A DNA stretch of 64,000 nucleotides. Origin: an uncultured Gemmatimonadales bacterium. Its GTDB lineage: Bacteria > Gemmatimonadota > Gemmatimonadetes > Palauibacterales > Palauibacteraceae. Within the stretch, counting starts at the first letter, position 1; every line of letters begins with the position of its first letter. Shown here piece by piece: positions 9,285 to 18,134 of the stretch. The notes beneath the pieces were generated by a model. The model saw only the letters and a list, made by a program, of their open reading frames with translations, had not been told where the DNA came from and searched no databases. A program made the position numbers and the translations under genes. The DNA lies in contig CAWANJ010000009.1 of the NCBI GenBank assembly GCA_963783385.1, forward strand, positions 480,001-544,000, read 5' to 3'.

Positions 9285-10533
9285 ATGCTTGCCGAACGGC
9301 TCTACGAGATCGTCCAGGATACGCTCGCCTACGCCCGAAGATCTGACCTCGCCGACGCCCTATCGGCGCTCGCCAAGGCCACCAGGGATCGAGAGCAAGG
9401 TAGGGCCACCCCAGCAACACCGCCCCCGAATCAGCCTCCCCAGCCGAACCAGAGACGCCAAGAACCGACCGGCCCCAGTGCGGAGCAGCGCTTCCGATCG
9501 GCCCTCGACCACCTGAGCATCGCCCTCACCTCATCGGACGGGATCAATCGACTGGCCCCCTCCGATGCGAATATCCTAAAAGGCGATCGGCGGATGGGAG
9601 TTGACCGGAAAGCGACTCTGGGACCGAATCGAAAGGCGCTTGAACGTCCCGCTTTCGATGAGTCCTCGGCCTCCGACTTACTGGATCGCCTATCTGCCGG
9701 AGGTTCCAGAACAGTTCGTCGAAGCTCTGGAGGGTCTGGCGGAGAGCTTTCGAGTGCTGGGCCTGCATGGCATGGGTCTGCCGGGTGAAGCCCGCAGAGA
9801 TCGGCGTCATTTTCCCGGCCGGAGTTGAGGAGCGAAGCTTCAAGACAACCTCACGATCGGAGCTCGCTGACTTCAACTTAGCCCTCAGGGTGGTGCAGGA
9901 CGGCGGCTGGAAGACCACCCGGCGACATTCGAGTACGATCCCTGTCGAGTGGGAGCTGGTATCCTCGCGCTTCTGGGGAAGCTGGCGGTGGCTCGGGTGT
10001 TTTTGGCCTGCATCGAGGGGGGCGCTTGGCATTATCGATAAGGGGATGAGCATCGGTGCTCGCTATCGTGAACTCCGTGAGGCGGGCGCCCCGAAGAAAT
10101 CTCAGACGACCATATCAACCAGATGGTCGCCGTGGCTATGCGTCAGGAACGGGAGAGAGTTAAGGATGAGATCCTCGAGAGCGACGACGATCCGCGTCCT
10201 CGCGACCACGAAGTAGCGAACCACCTCGGCAGGGCGTTGGATTACTTCGTCCGCAAGATTAACGAAGGGGTGGTCTTTGAGGTCCGGGCTCTGCCACCGG
10301 CCGCCGGCGACGAGGGACTGGATGAGGAGTCCCGAGAATCCCTCGACCGGCTGTACAGTTTCGGCGGCGTAATGGCGGAGGACCATCCACGCCGTCACCT
10401 CCCGCATGAGGCCCTTCGGCTCGCTCGAGGCTATGAAGAAGACGAGCAAGAGGAAGGCGAGGCGGCCGGCGAGCGGGCCGATTACGGAGGACAGCCAAAT
10501 AGCGACGATGCCGCCGCCAAGAACCGGGACTAG
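9285..10533 (+). pseudogene. ~400-aa hypothetical cargo protein split by several frameshifts
   Basis: protein-like segments continue across frames (MLAERLYEIV..., QFVEALEGLAESF..., AEIGVIFP..., IEGALGIIDKG..., LDYFVRKINEGVVFEVRALPP); more AT-rich than the host. Confidence 0.65.
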
Positions 10534-10534
10534 G

Positions 10535-11803
10535 CTAGGGGGCGATCAGGGCGGTGAGCCGCTCGCCGAGCTCCTTCCGGTAGTCCTCCACCCGGAACGC
10601 AACCTCCGGCCGCCGGTCGGGCCGCTGGGCCAGGTGCCCGTAACGCTCCTCGATCAGCCGCGTGGAGCTGTGCCCGAGCTCCCGGGCGACGGTGTAGAGG
10701 CTCACCGGCACCGGGACCTCCTGCGACTCCCCATCCGGACCCGGCCGCTTCACGACGTCGTAGGTCTGGATCCGCGCGGCCGTGTACGTGTGCCGGAGCA
10801 TGTGCCAGCGGATCCGCCCCTCGAGAAACCCCGCCCGCTTTCCGATCGTGTCGAGCTGCCGGCGGCACTCGCGGAGCATCTTCCCTGAGCGCGGGGAGGG
10901 AAAGAGGAGGCCGTCCTTCGGGCCGCTCCCCATGAACACGTAGGCCTGGAGGATCTCCCGGAGCTGGGGCCAGAGGGGGACCGTCCGCCTCGACCGCTTC
11001 GTCTTGAGCCCCCTGAATGCGTTCGGACGCACCCTGAGGAGCCCGGCGTCGAAGGAGAGGTCCTCCACCGTCAGGCCGAGGAGCTCGGACTTCCTGAGGC
11101 CCGTCAGAAGCGCCGTGGCGATCATCTCGTACATGGCCTCGTTCCCCCGGGCGGTGTCCGGCGGTGAGTAGAGCCGGGCCGACTCGAGGAGGAGGGCCGC
11201 CTCGGCCGGCTCCAGCCAGTCCTCTCGCTCCTTCCGCTCCGGCACCGGCTTGTCCAGGAGCGCCGCTACGGGGTTGTAGCCCGGAGGGACGACCTCCTCC
11301 TGCTGGGCGCGGCGGTAGAGGTTGGAGAGGCTGTTCAGGTGGTCCCGAACGGTCTTCTCGGAGAGCGTGCCGCCACGGCCGTTGTCGGTCTTCCGGAGGA
11401 CCGCGATCCACTGGCGCATGTCGGACGGCCGGATCGTCGTGAGCTCGCGGTCCTTCCCGAAGAACTCCACGGCCCGGGCGAGCTGATTCTCGACCGCCAC
11501 GAGCCACTTCGGGGACACGCCGGCCCGCTTCTTCGCCTTCATGTGCTCGGAGCCGAAGGCCTCGAGGCCCTCCACGCGCCGCACGCCCGTCACGACGCGC
11601 CGCTGGCGAAGCTCCTGGAGCTCCTGGAGGCGCTTGGCCGCCAGGGACTCGGCGATCGCCGGGTCCGTAGTGGCCCGCTTCGCCCCGTCGGGGATCAGCG
11701 CCTCCCGGCCGCCGCCCTCGGCGGCGTAGTCCCGAAAGTCCGCGTAGTAGCGGTCCTCGCCGCCGCGATTCCGCGTGTAGAGCCTGCCTCCGTTCTTTGC
11801 CAT
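10535..11803 (-). CDS. tyrosine recombinase / phage integrase
   Basis: TGLRKSEL (R), KT (K), HMLRHTY (HxxR), LGHS and RYGH (Y) catalytic residues; GAGGAG RBS. Confidence 0.95.
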   Translation of the reverse strand: MAKNGGRLYTRNRGGEDRYYADFRDYAAEGGGREALIPDGAKRATTDPAIAESLAAKRLQELQELRQRRVVTGVRRVEGLEAFGSEHMKAKKRAGVSPKWLVAVENQLARAVEFFGKDRELTTIRPSDMRQWIAVLRKTDNGRGGTLSEKTVRDHLNSLSNLYRRAQQEEVVPPGYNPVAALLDKPVPERKEREDWLEPAEAALLLESARLYSPPDTARGNEAMYEMIATALLTGLRKSELLGLTVEDLSFDAGLLRVRPNAFRGLKTKRSRRTVPLWPQLREILQAYVFMGSGPKDGLLFPSPRSGKMLRECRRQLDTIGKRAGFLEGRIRWHMLRHTYTAARIQTYDVVKRPGPDGESQEVPVPVSLYTVARELGHSSTRLIEERYGHLAQRPDRRPEVAFRVEDYRKELGERLTALIAP

Positions 11804-11812
11804 GTCTCCTCC

Positions 11813-12115
11813 TCAGCCGCTTCCGTCCCGCCGTGCCGGGTCGAGCTCTGTCCCGTGCAGGTTGGCTCGCTGCCACTCGGCCAGGAGCTCCTGCCATGCG
11901 TCCTCGACCCAAGTGCCGTCGGGGACCTCCATGACCTCCGCCGCGCCGCCGGTAGGGTCGGGCGTCACGACCAGCCGACAGGCCGGATGTCCGGTCGTGC
12001 TGTGAATCTCCTTCTGTGGGCCGCCCAAGCGCGCGAAGATCATGTAGGTCCCGCAGCACGGACACCGGACACGCACCAGGCGATCGTGAGGTCCGGCGGG
12101 GCCGGACCCTGTCAC
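11813..12115 (-). CDS. small hypothetical protein with CxxC (RCPCCG)
   Basis: GTG overlaps the upstream stop; ends just before the integrase RBS. Confidence 0.55.
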   Translation of the reverse strand: MTGSGPAGPHDRLVRVRCPCCGTYMIFARLGGPQKEIHSTTGHPACRLVVTPDPTGGAAEVMEVPDGTWVEDAWQELLAEWQRANLHGTELDPARRDGSG

Positions 12116-12344
12116 GTCGGGCCGCCCTCGAGCTCGGCCGCGAGGCCGCACAGCTGGCCCCCCCGGCGACGGGCCACACGCGCTGCGGCCGCCTGCCAGC
12201 CCTCCGGCGGAGAGCGGTGCCCGATGCGCTCGGATCGAGGCGCGCCTGGTAAAGAAGGGCGGCGCTCACGCCGAGCTCCTCGGCGATCTCATCCAGGCGG
12301 CATCCCGCCGCGAGGAGCCGATCGGTGACTTGCTTGAAGTCCAT
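12112..12344 (-). CDS. small HTH (Cro/repressor-like) protein, one apparent frameshift
   Basis: MDFKQVTDRL...LDEIAEELGVSAALLYQARLD, then in another frame HRSPPEGWQAAAARVARRRGGQL...*. Confidence 0.6.
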
Positions 12345-12359
12345 GCGTAAAACTCGACC

Positions 12360-12404
12360 TTGACAGGAGCGGTGTCAATAGGCAATTTGACAGCGTGAGG
12401 TCAA
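12360..12404. promoter_or_regulatory. two palindromic operators in a divergent intergenic region
   Basis: TTGACA-N7-TGTCAA (12360-12378) and TTGAC-N8-GTCAA (12387-12404). Confidence 0.65.
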
Positions 12405-12451
12405 CGTAGCCCGGCCGCGGGGCCGGGTCCACCCCGAACGAGGAGCGCCAC

Positions 12452-12787
12452 ATGCCGCCGGCAACACTGGATCGACCCGAGACGAAGGCGCCCGACACCG
12501 TCGCCGATCGCACCTGCCTGGGGATCCCGATCCTCTCGGAGACGTTCAGGGAGACCTACTACGACGCCATCAAGGCGGACCCGGGGAGGGTCGGAAAGCT
12601 GGAGGCGATCGCCGATATGATGCAGGAGCTCCTCTGGAGCGAGTCGGAGGGACTGGAGTCCGGCCATCCGGCCATGCGTCCATTCGAGAACGCGATCGAC
12701 GCCACCAGCGAACTCAAGGACGCGCTCACCAGGGCTCGCGCGGCGCTCCTGGATCTCCAGGGGCCGGACGCGAACGCACAGAGCTAG
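12452..12787 (+). CDS. hypothetical helical protein
   Basis: AGGAG RBS, host-like codon usage, followed by a hairpin. Confidence 0.7.
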   Translation: MPPATLDRPETKAPDTVADRTCLGIPILSETFRETYYDAIKADPGRVGKLEAIADMMQELLWSESEGLESGHPAMRPFENAIDATSELKDALTRARAALLDLQGPDANAQS

Positions 12788-12798
12788 GGGAGGCCTCG

Positions 12799-12831
12799 GG
12801 CCGCAGGGTTCACGCATGGAGCCCTGCGGCC
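12799..12831 (+). terminator. stem-loop after the 12452-12787 gene
   Basis: GGCCGCAGGGTTC-N7-GAGCCCTGCGGCC; no U-tract. Confidence 0.45.
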
Positions 12832-12916
12832 GGTCCAGGTGTCCAGCCCTGCTTCGCACCACCGGGAGAGCCTCGCAGCTCGGCACTGAGCTGGAATTGA
12901 ATTTCGCGCCAAGCTG

Positions 12917-12945
12917 TTGACAGGGGGCTACCGGTGGACTAGCCT
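12917..12945 (+). promoter_or_regulatory. sigma70-like promoter for the rightward operon
   Basis: TTGACA-17bp-TAGCCT with AT-rich upstream sequence. Confidence 0.55.
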
Positions 12946-13006
12946 TATAAGACGCGGCCGGAGGGCCGCCGGGGCACGGCCCCCGATACAGCAGCAAAAT
13001 CGCCGC

Positions 13007-13040
13007 GGGGCGGACCCATCGAGCGCTACCGCCCCTTTTT
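13007..13040 (+). terminator. intrinsic terminator in the leader, before the first gene
   Basis: GGGGCGG-N15-CCGCCCC-TTTTT. Confidence 0.6.
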
Positions 13041-13058
13041 GCATCGCAGGAGGTTCGA

Positions 13059-13258
13059 ATGTCACGCCGCCGCGGCCAGCCGTTCTCCATGTGGCTGAGA
13101 GACGATGAGCGCGAGCGGCTAGAGCCGCGGCCCAGCGGGTCAGTGGCTCCGCCGGATCGCTCGCCCGCCGCGGCGCCCTGGGGCTCGCGGGTCAGCTTCT
13201 AGGGGACGCCCCCGCACCCAACTCGACGCCGCGCGCATGCGACGAGGTCGAGCGGTAG
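13059..13258 (+). CDS. small ribbon-helix-helix-like DNA-binding protein, apparent frameshift
   Basis: AGGAGG RBS; MSRRRGQPFSMWLRDDERERLE / AAQRVSGSAGSLARRGALGLA. Confidence 0.45.
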
Positions 13259-13327
13259 TGCCGGTGAGGCGGCGCTCGACTTCGGCAACTGGAGGACGGC
13301 CTCCCAGCAGCACCGAGGTGGCCAGCC

Positions 13328-13564
13328 ATGTCTCGACGCAAGCCGCTGTACCGACCGCGACGCGGGCGCTTCCTAACGGCCGCCGAGAACTCGCATCTCG
13401 CGCACGGGATCATGGCCGTCCAATGGGTGGCGAGCGCGTGTTCGCGGCCGACCGCTGCTCGAGCCTGGTCGAACGCGGTCCGGGCATCCGGGAGGACGCG
13501 GGACTCGGACTGCGCCGGCGAACGTGAGAGGCACCGGGGCCGGTCGACGGGGCCGGTGGCGTGA
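13328..13564 (+). CDS. hypothetical protein (possibly frameshifted)
   Basis: GAGGTG RBS and ATG; N-terminal half is protein-like. Confidence 0.35.
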   Translation: MSRRKPLYRPRRGRFLTAAENSHLAHGIMAVQWVASACSRPTAARAWSNAVRASGRTRDSDCAGERERHRGRSTGPVA

Positions 13565-13642
13565 CGGCCGACCTACGGCGGTCGAAGCGCCCGCGGGGTG
13601 GTGGCCGCGCCCGGTCGCCCTACTCACGGACCTCTCGGTCCA

Positions 13643-14031
13643 ATGACGCCGGCGTTCCCGAGCCGCCGCTTCGTGGACCTGCTCCGCGAGCTCTACTGGC
13701 TGGGCGACGCGCCGCCGCCGGCCGCGCCGCCTGGCTGGAACGAGGCCGCCGAGCTTCAGGATCTCCGGGCCGCCTGGCGGAACCTTGGTCGAGATGCCGA
13801 GCGCGTCGAGCGCGCCATGCGCGGCTTCCGCGCCCTCGCCGATCGCGGAGAGCTGCCGGGCACCGCGGCGGGCGAGGCCTTCACGGGCGCGCTCCTCAAG
13901 CGCCTGCGGGGCGAAGGCTTCTGGGAACGGGCGGAGCGGGCCGGCCAGGTGTTCGAGCCGGGGCCGCCAGCGAAGGAGCGGCGCCCCCGGACCTGGTCGG
14001 CACGCTCGCCGGTCGGATCGGCCATGGCTAG
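13643..14031 (+). CDS. hypothetical replication-region protein (3' frameshift, or fused to DnaB)
   Basis: MTPAFPSRRFVDLLRELYW...; an alternative frame ends LAGRIGHG* overlapping the DnaB ATG. Confidence 0.45.
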
Positions 14032-15396
14032 CGCGGTCGCCGCGGTCCCGAACTCGGAGCTCGCGGAGCGGGCCGTCCTCGGCGCGTTGATCCTCGATCC
14101 GGAGCGCGCGGACGATCTTCTCGCCGAACTCCGGCCGGAGGACTTCCTCGATCCCGGGCGCCGGGCCGTGTTCGAGGCCTCAAGGTCGCTCTACCGGGAT
14201 GCGCGGACGATCTCGGCGGAGCTCCTCCACGAGCGACTCCTGGCCGACGGCGAACTCGAGCGCGCCGGGGGCGCGAGGGGGCTCGCTGGCCTCCTCGAGA
14301 CCGACGTCGCCGGAAAGCAGGCGCTCGAGCTCGCACGCGAGCTGAGGGGCCACCGGATCCGCCGCGAGCTGCTCCGGGCCGCTGGCGACGTCGCAGCCAT
14401 GGCCCGCCGCCTGGACGTGCCGGCCGGCGAGCTGGCGGGCCGCGCCGAGTCGCGGATCCTCGAAGCTGCCGGCGCCGACGTGCACCAGGACAATGGCCTC
14501 GCGATCGGGGCCGCGGCGCTCCAGGCGCTCGAGAGGATCGAGCGCGTCCGGGAGAAGGGCGGTGCGATGGGGCTTCCCACCGGCCTCGGGGCTCGACCGG
14601 CTCACGGGCGGGCTCCGGGCGGGCCAGCTCTGGATCGGCGGCGGGGACACGAGCTCGGGGAAGACCTCGCTCGCCGTCGGCATCGCCCGGCACCTCGCGC
14701 TCGCCGAGGCCCAGCGGGTCGTGTTCTACAGCTTCGAGATGGGCGGGACGGACATCGGGGAGCGCGTCCTCCTCCAGGAGGCCGGGATCGGACTCGCCCG
14801 GGCGAAGCGCCGGGACCTCGGGCAGGCCGACATCGAAAGCTCCACAGGGCGGCCGCGCGGCTGCAGCGCGCCCGCTCAAGATCGTTCCCGCCTCCGACCT
14901 GAGCGCCACGGAGCTTCGTGCCCGCGCCCGCCGCGAGGTGCGCCGGGGCGGCGCCCGGCTCCTCGTTGTCGACTACCTCCAGCTCGTCCCGGGAGGCGGC
15001 GGCGAGACCCGCGAGCAGGAGGTCTCGGGCGTCACGCGGGAGCTCGGCCGCATGGCGCGCGAGCTCGAGGTCCCCGTCCTCGCCCTGGCCCAGATCAACC
15101 GCTCGCACGCCTTCCGCTCGGGCGACCACCGGCCCCAGCTCTCCGATCTCCGCGAGTCGGGAGCGATCGAGCAGAACGCCGACGTCGTCCTGTTCGTCTA
15201 CCGGCCGGGCCGCTACCGGGACCCCACCGAGCCCGAATACCGGAAGGAGCGGGAGGAGGCGGAACTCATCGTCGCCAAGCAGCGCCAGGGACCGCTCGGG
15301 ACGGTGCGCTGCCGCTTCCGCGGTGAGCTCTACCGCTTCGAGGAGCTCCTGCCGGACGAGCAGGCTTCCTACAGCCGCGGAAGGGTTCGCACATGA
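14024..15396 (+). pseudogene. DnaB-like replicative helicase, frameshifted near ~14590 and ~14850
   Basis: PNSELAERAVLGALIL, GLPTG/LDRLTGGL, GKTS, FSFEM-like YSFEM, LVVDYLQL, QINR, RPQLSDLRESGAIEQNADVV, IVAKQRQGP. Confidence 0.9.
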
Positions 15397-15662
15397 GCGC
15401 GCCGAGGCCGGAAGTCGTGACGATCCGCCGATGGGCGCTCGCGCTCCCGGGCGGCCGGTCGCTCGTGGTCCGGTCATTGGATGATGCCGAAGGACGGACG
15501 CGCACCGTCTGGCTCGGTCTCGGCTGGTCGGAGGACCGGGAAGCTCCCATCTCCACAGAGGGCGGCGTCGCCGTTCCCGGGGACGTGGTGCCCGGGCTGG
15601 TCGGATCCTGGAGGCACTCTCATGAGTCCGGCCAATGCCCGGCTCGGTCCTCCGGGGGCTGA
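15393..15662 (+). CDS. hypothetical protein
   Basis: ATGA overlap with the DnaB stop; beta-rich sequence. Confidence 0.5.
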   Translation: MSAPRPEVVTIRRWALALPGGRSLVVRSLDDAEGRTRTVWLGLGWSEDREAPISTEGGVAVPGDVVPGLVGSWRHSHESGQCPARSSGG

Positions 15663-15910
15663 TCGAGATCCTCCGGGCCGTCGAAGCCCGGGGGGACCAG
15701 GCATGAGGCGCTCCCGGCCCCCCGATTCGTTTGCAGACGTCTGCAACGCCAGGCATGCGGCCATGCGTCGCGGACGCATTCCCCGACCGACCATCCGAGC
15801 CGGGGCCGGCGGCGACGCCGGTGCGGGCGCGCGGCGTTTCACCTCCTCCGCCGCCCCCGGGGGCCGCATCCCCCGCCCGGTCTCCTCTTCGCTCATGCGG
15901 GAGCGACGCG

Positions 15911-16945
15911 GTGTCCGGACCGACTGATGCCTACGCCCGGCTCGCCGACGCCGCCGTCCGCGAGGGCCGCCTCGAGGAGCTCGACCAGCTTGTGCGGGCG
16001 ATCGACCCCGCCTTGGCCCGCCGACTCCAGTCAGCGCTCACCAACGGCCTCAAGGAGCGCAATGCCGAGGAAGCCCGCGGCGACGACGGCCCCCAGATCG
16101 TCCGCCTGGCCGAGATCCTCGCGCGCCCCGATCTCCTCGAGCCGCCGCGGACCGTGGTCCCCCGGCTCGCCTGGTCGGGCCGCGTCACGCTCCTGGCCGG
16201 CCGCGAGAAGGTCGGCAAGTCCACCCTCGCCGCCGGCGCCGAGGCGGCGGTCTCGGCGGGCGCCGGGCTCTTCGGGGCCTCGACGCCCTGCGGGCCGGTC
16301 CTTCTCCTCGCGCTCGAGGAGCACATGGGCGACGTGGCCCGCCGGCTCCAGGCCTTCCGCGCCGACCCCGAGCGCGTCTGGGTCCTCGACCGGATCGAGG
16401 AGCCGCTGGCCGACCTCGCCGGCGCCGTCCAACACGTCGGCCCGGCCCTGGTCGTGGTGGACACCCTCGCGGCCTTCACCGCGCCGCTCGGCCTCGAGCC
16501 GGGCAGCTCGACCGACTGGACCCCGGTCATGGCCGGGATCGCCCGGGTGGCCCGCGACACGGAGACGGCGATCGTGCTTCTCCACCACGCCTCGAAGGCG
16601 GACGGCTCCTACCGGGACTCCACCGCGATCGGCGCGGGGGTCGACGTGATCCTCGAAGCGAAGCGCGGCACCGAGGAGACGGTGCAGGTGAAGGCCCGCG
16701 GCCGGTTCCCCGTCGAGGACTTCACGGTCCGGCTGCTGGGGAGCCCGGCACGGCCCCGGCTCGCCCTGGCCGCCGGGGAGCTCGGCCTCGACGCCCGCGT
16801 GCTGTTCTACGTCGACCGGAACCCGGGGGCCTCGAAGCGGGCGGTCTGCGGGGGGGTCGAGGGCAGGGCGCAGGACATTCTCAACACCGTCGATCAGCTG
16901 CTGGGGCGAGGCCTCGTGGAGGACCGCGGCGACGGACGCGGCTGA
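15911..16945 (+). CDS. AAA_25 / RepA-like helicase
   Basis: LLAGREKVGKST Walker A, LALEE, LVVVDTL Walker B, LLHHASK...RDSTAIGAGVD; C-terminal winged-helix-like segment. Confidence 0.85.
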   Translation: MSGPTDAYARLADAAVREGRLEELDQLVRAIDPALARRLQSALTNGLKERNAEEARGDDGPQIVRLAEILARPDLLEPPRTVVPRLAWSGRVTLLAGREKVGKSTLAAGAEAAVSAGAGLFGASTPCGPVLLLALEEHMGDVARRLQAFRADPERVWVLDRIEEPLADLAGAVQHVGPALVVVDTLAAFTAPLGLEPGSSTDWTPVMAGIARVARDTETAIVLLHHASKADGSYRDSTAIGAGVDVILEAKRGTEETVQVKARGRFPVEDFTVRLLGSPARPRLALAAGELGLDARVLFYVDRNPGASKRAVCGGVEGRAQDILNTVDQLLGRGLVEDRGDGRG

Positions 16946-16974
16946 GCGCTGCACTCGACCGCTCAAAGCACAGG

Positions 16975-17089
16975 CGGAAACGGGGCGGAAGCACCCGGAA
17001 ACGGTTCCGGAAACGCTAGCACGGGCAGGGGAGGGGAGAGCGTTTCCCGAGGGGGGCACACCCCTGAAAGGGGTGCCCCCTCGGAAACG
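16975..17089. repeat. putative replication origin: GGAAACG iterons and long inverted repeat
   Basis: GGAAACG about 5 times in both orientations; CGTTTCCCGAGGGGGGCACACCCCT-GAA-AGGGGTGCCCCCTCGGAAACG at 17041-17089. Confidence 0.6.
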
Positions 17090-17228
17090 CCCCCCGAGCC
17101 CGTGAGAGCGGGAAGCGACCGTCCGAGAGGCCCTGGAGAACTTCCCGTGAGCGGCCGGAGCAGGGGGGCGAGACCCCATCGACAGGCCGCAAAACGGGCC
17201 GCCGGATCGCTCCAGCCCGGTAGGTGCA

Positions 17229-17252
17229 CTGTCACCGCAGCTGTCACCGCAG
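17229..17252 (-). repeat. tandem 12-bp repeat with the arm-site core CGGTGACA
   Basis: CTGTCACCGCAG twice. Confidence 0.7.
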
Positions 17253-17346
17253 GCCGTAAGTCGTTGTCGGGCATGGACCGAACGGCAGGCTGCACGCCCA
17301 ACGACCGGAGGCGGCCGGTAGGCGTAACTAGGCGTGAGGCAAGCAC

Positions 17347-17715
17347 ATGAGTCTTGAGGAGCGCCTAGCACGCATGATCGAGCCGCTCCCGGACGGGGCC
17401 AGCGTGCTGCTGCCGGTCGAGACCGTGCGCCGCTGGCTCGAGCTCGAAGGGCAGGGCGCGGGCTCCCGGCCGCTCTCGGATCTCACGATCGCGGACGTCG
17501 CCGAAGAGCTCGATCGCTCGCCCTCGACGGTGCGCGGATGGCTGATCGCCGGTGACATCCCGGAGGCCTACAAGCTCCAGGGCCGGGAGTGGCGCATCCC
17601 CCGCGGTGCGCTCCGGGCCTTCCTGGACGGCCAGGCGAACGGCGACGGCGGGGTGAGGCGGGGTACCGGCCGGCGATCGAGCGCGAAGCTCTCGGATTGG
17701 AGGAGGCAGGCGTGA
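17347..17715 (+). CDS. excisionase/AlpA-like HTH DNA-binding protein (HTH_17-like)
   Basis: LTIADVAEELDRSPSTVRGWLIAGDIPEAYKLQGREWRIPRGAL. Confidence 0.85.
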   Translation: MSLEERLARMIEPLPDGASVLLPVETVRRWLELEGQGAGSRPLSDLTIADVAEELDRSPSTVRGWLIAGDIPEAYKLQGREWRIPRGALRAFLDGQANGDGGVRRGTGRRSSAKLSDWRRQA

Positions 17716-18134
17716 GCGACCACAAGCGGTGCAGGGCGATCACCGAAGGCGGCACGCGGTGCAAGATCCAGAACAGCCTCTCCGAGGACGGGCTGTGCCT
17801 CTGGCACGACCCCGAGCGCGCCGAGGAGGCGGCCCGTGCCCGCCGCCGCGGCGGGCGGAATGGCGGCCGCGTGCCGAAGATCCGGACGGCCGGCATGGAC
17901 GAGGTCCCCGATCCGCCCCAGAGCGTCGAGGACGTGGTGGCCTGGACGAGCTGGGCTACCTGGGCGGTCGCCACGGGCAAGATCGACAGCCGCACGGCCC
18001 ATGAGATCGGCTACCTCGCCCGGGCGCTCCACGCCGGACTCGAGAAGGTGGATCTCAGCGAGGAGGTCGAGGAGCTCCGGGCGATGATCGAACGCCTGCA
18101 GGCCGGCGGCTCCGCGTCGAGGGCGGCTCTGTGA
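17712..18134 (+). CDS. putative terminase small subunit (N-terminal C..C..C..H motif)
   Basis: RCRAITEGGTRC...GLCLWHDP, helical core, C-terminal coiled coil; overlaps the terL start. Confidence 0.6.
   Translation: MSDHKRCRAITEGGTRCKIQNSLSEDGLCLWHDPERAEEAARARRRGGRNGGRVPKIRTAGMDEVPDPPQSVEDVVAWTSWATWAVATGKIDSRTAHEIGYLARALHAGLEKVDLSEEVEELRAMIERLQAGGSASRAAL

Noticed and set aside
10530-12344. 604-aa minus-strand ORF
   Set aside because: only the first ~42 aa (HTH) are protein-like; the rest is an off-frame shadow of the integrase
13598-14902. 434-aa DnaB fusion protein as given in the ORF track
   Set aside because: its C-terminal ~100 aa are out of frame, and an overlapping stop at 14031 suggests a separate upstream gene joined by a frameshift
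16975-17252. CRISPR-like array
   Set aside because: repeats are 7-12 bp, irregularly spaced and in mixed orientation; no cas genes
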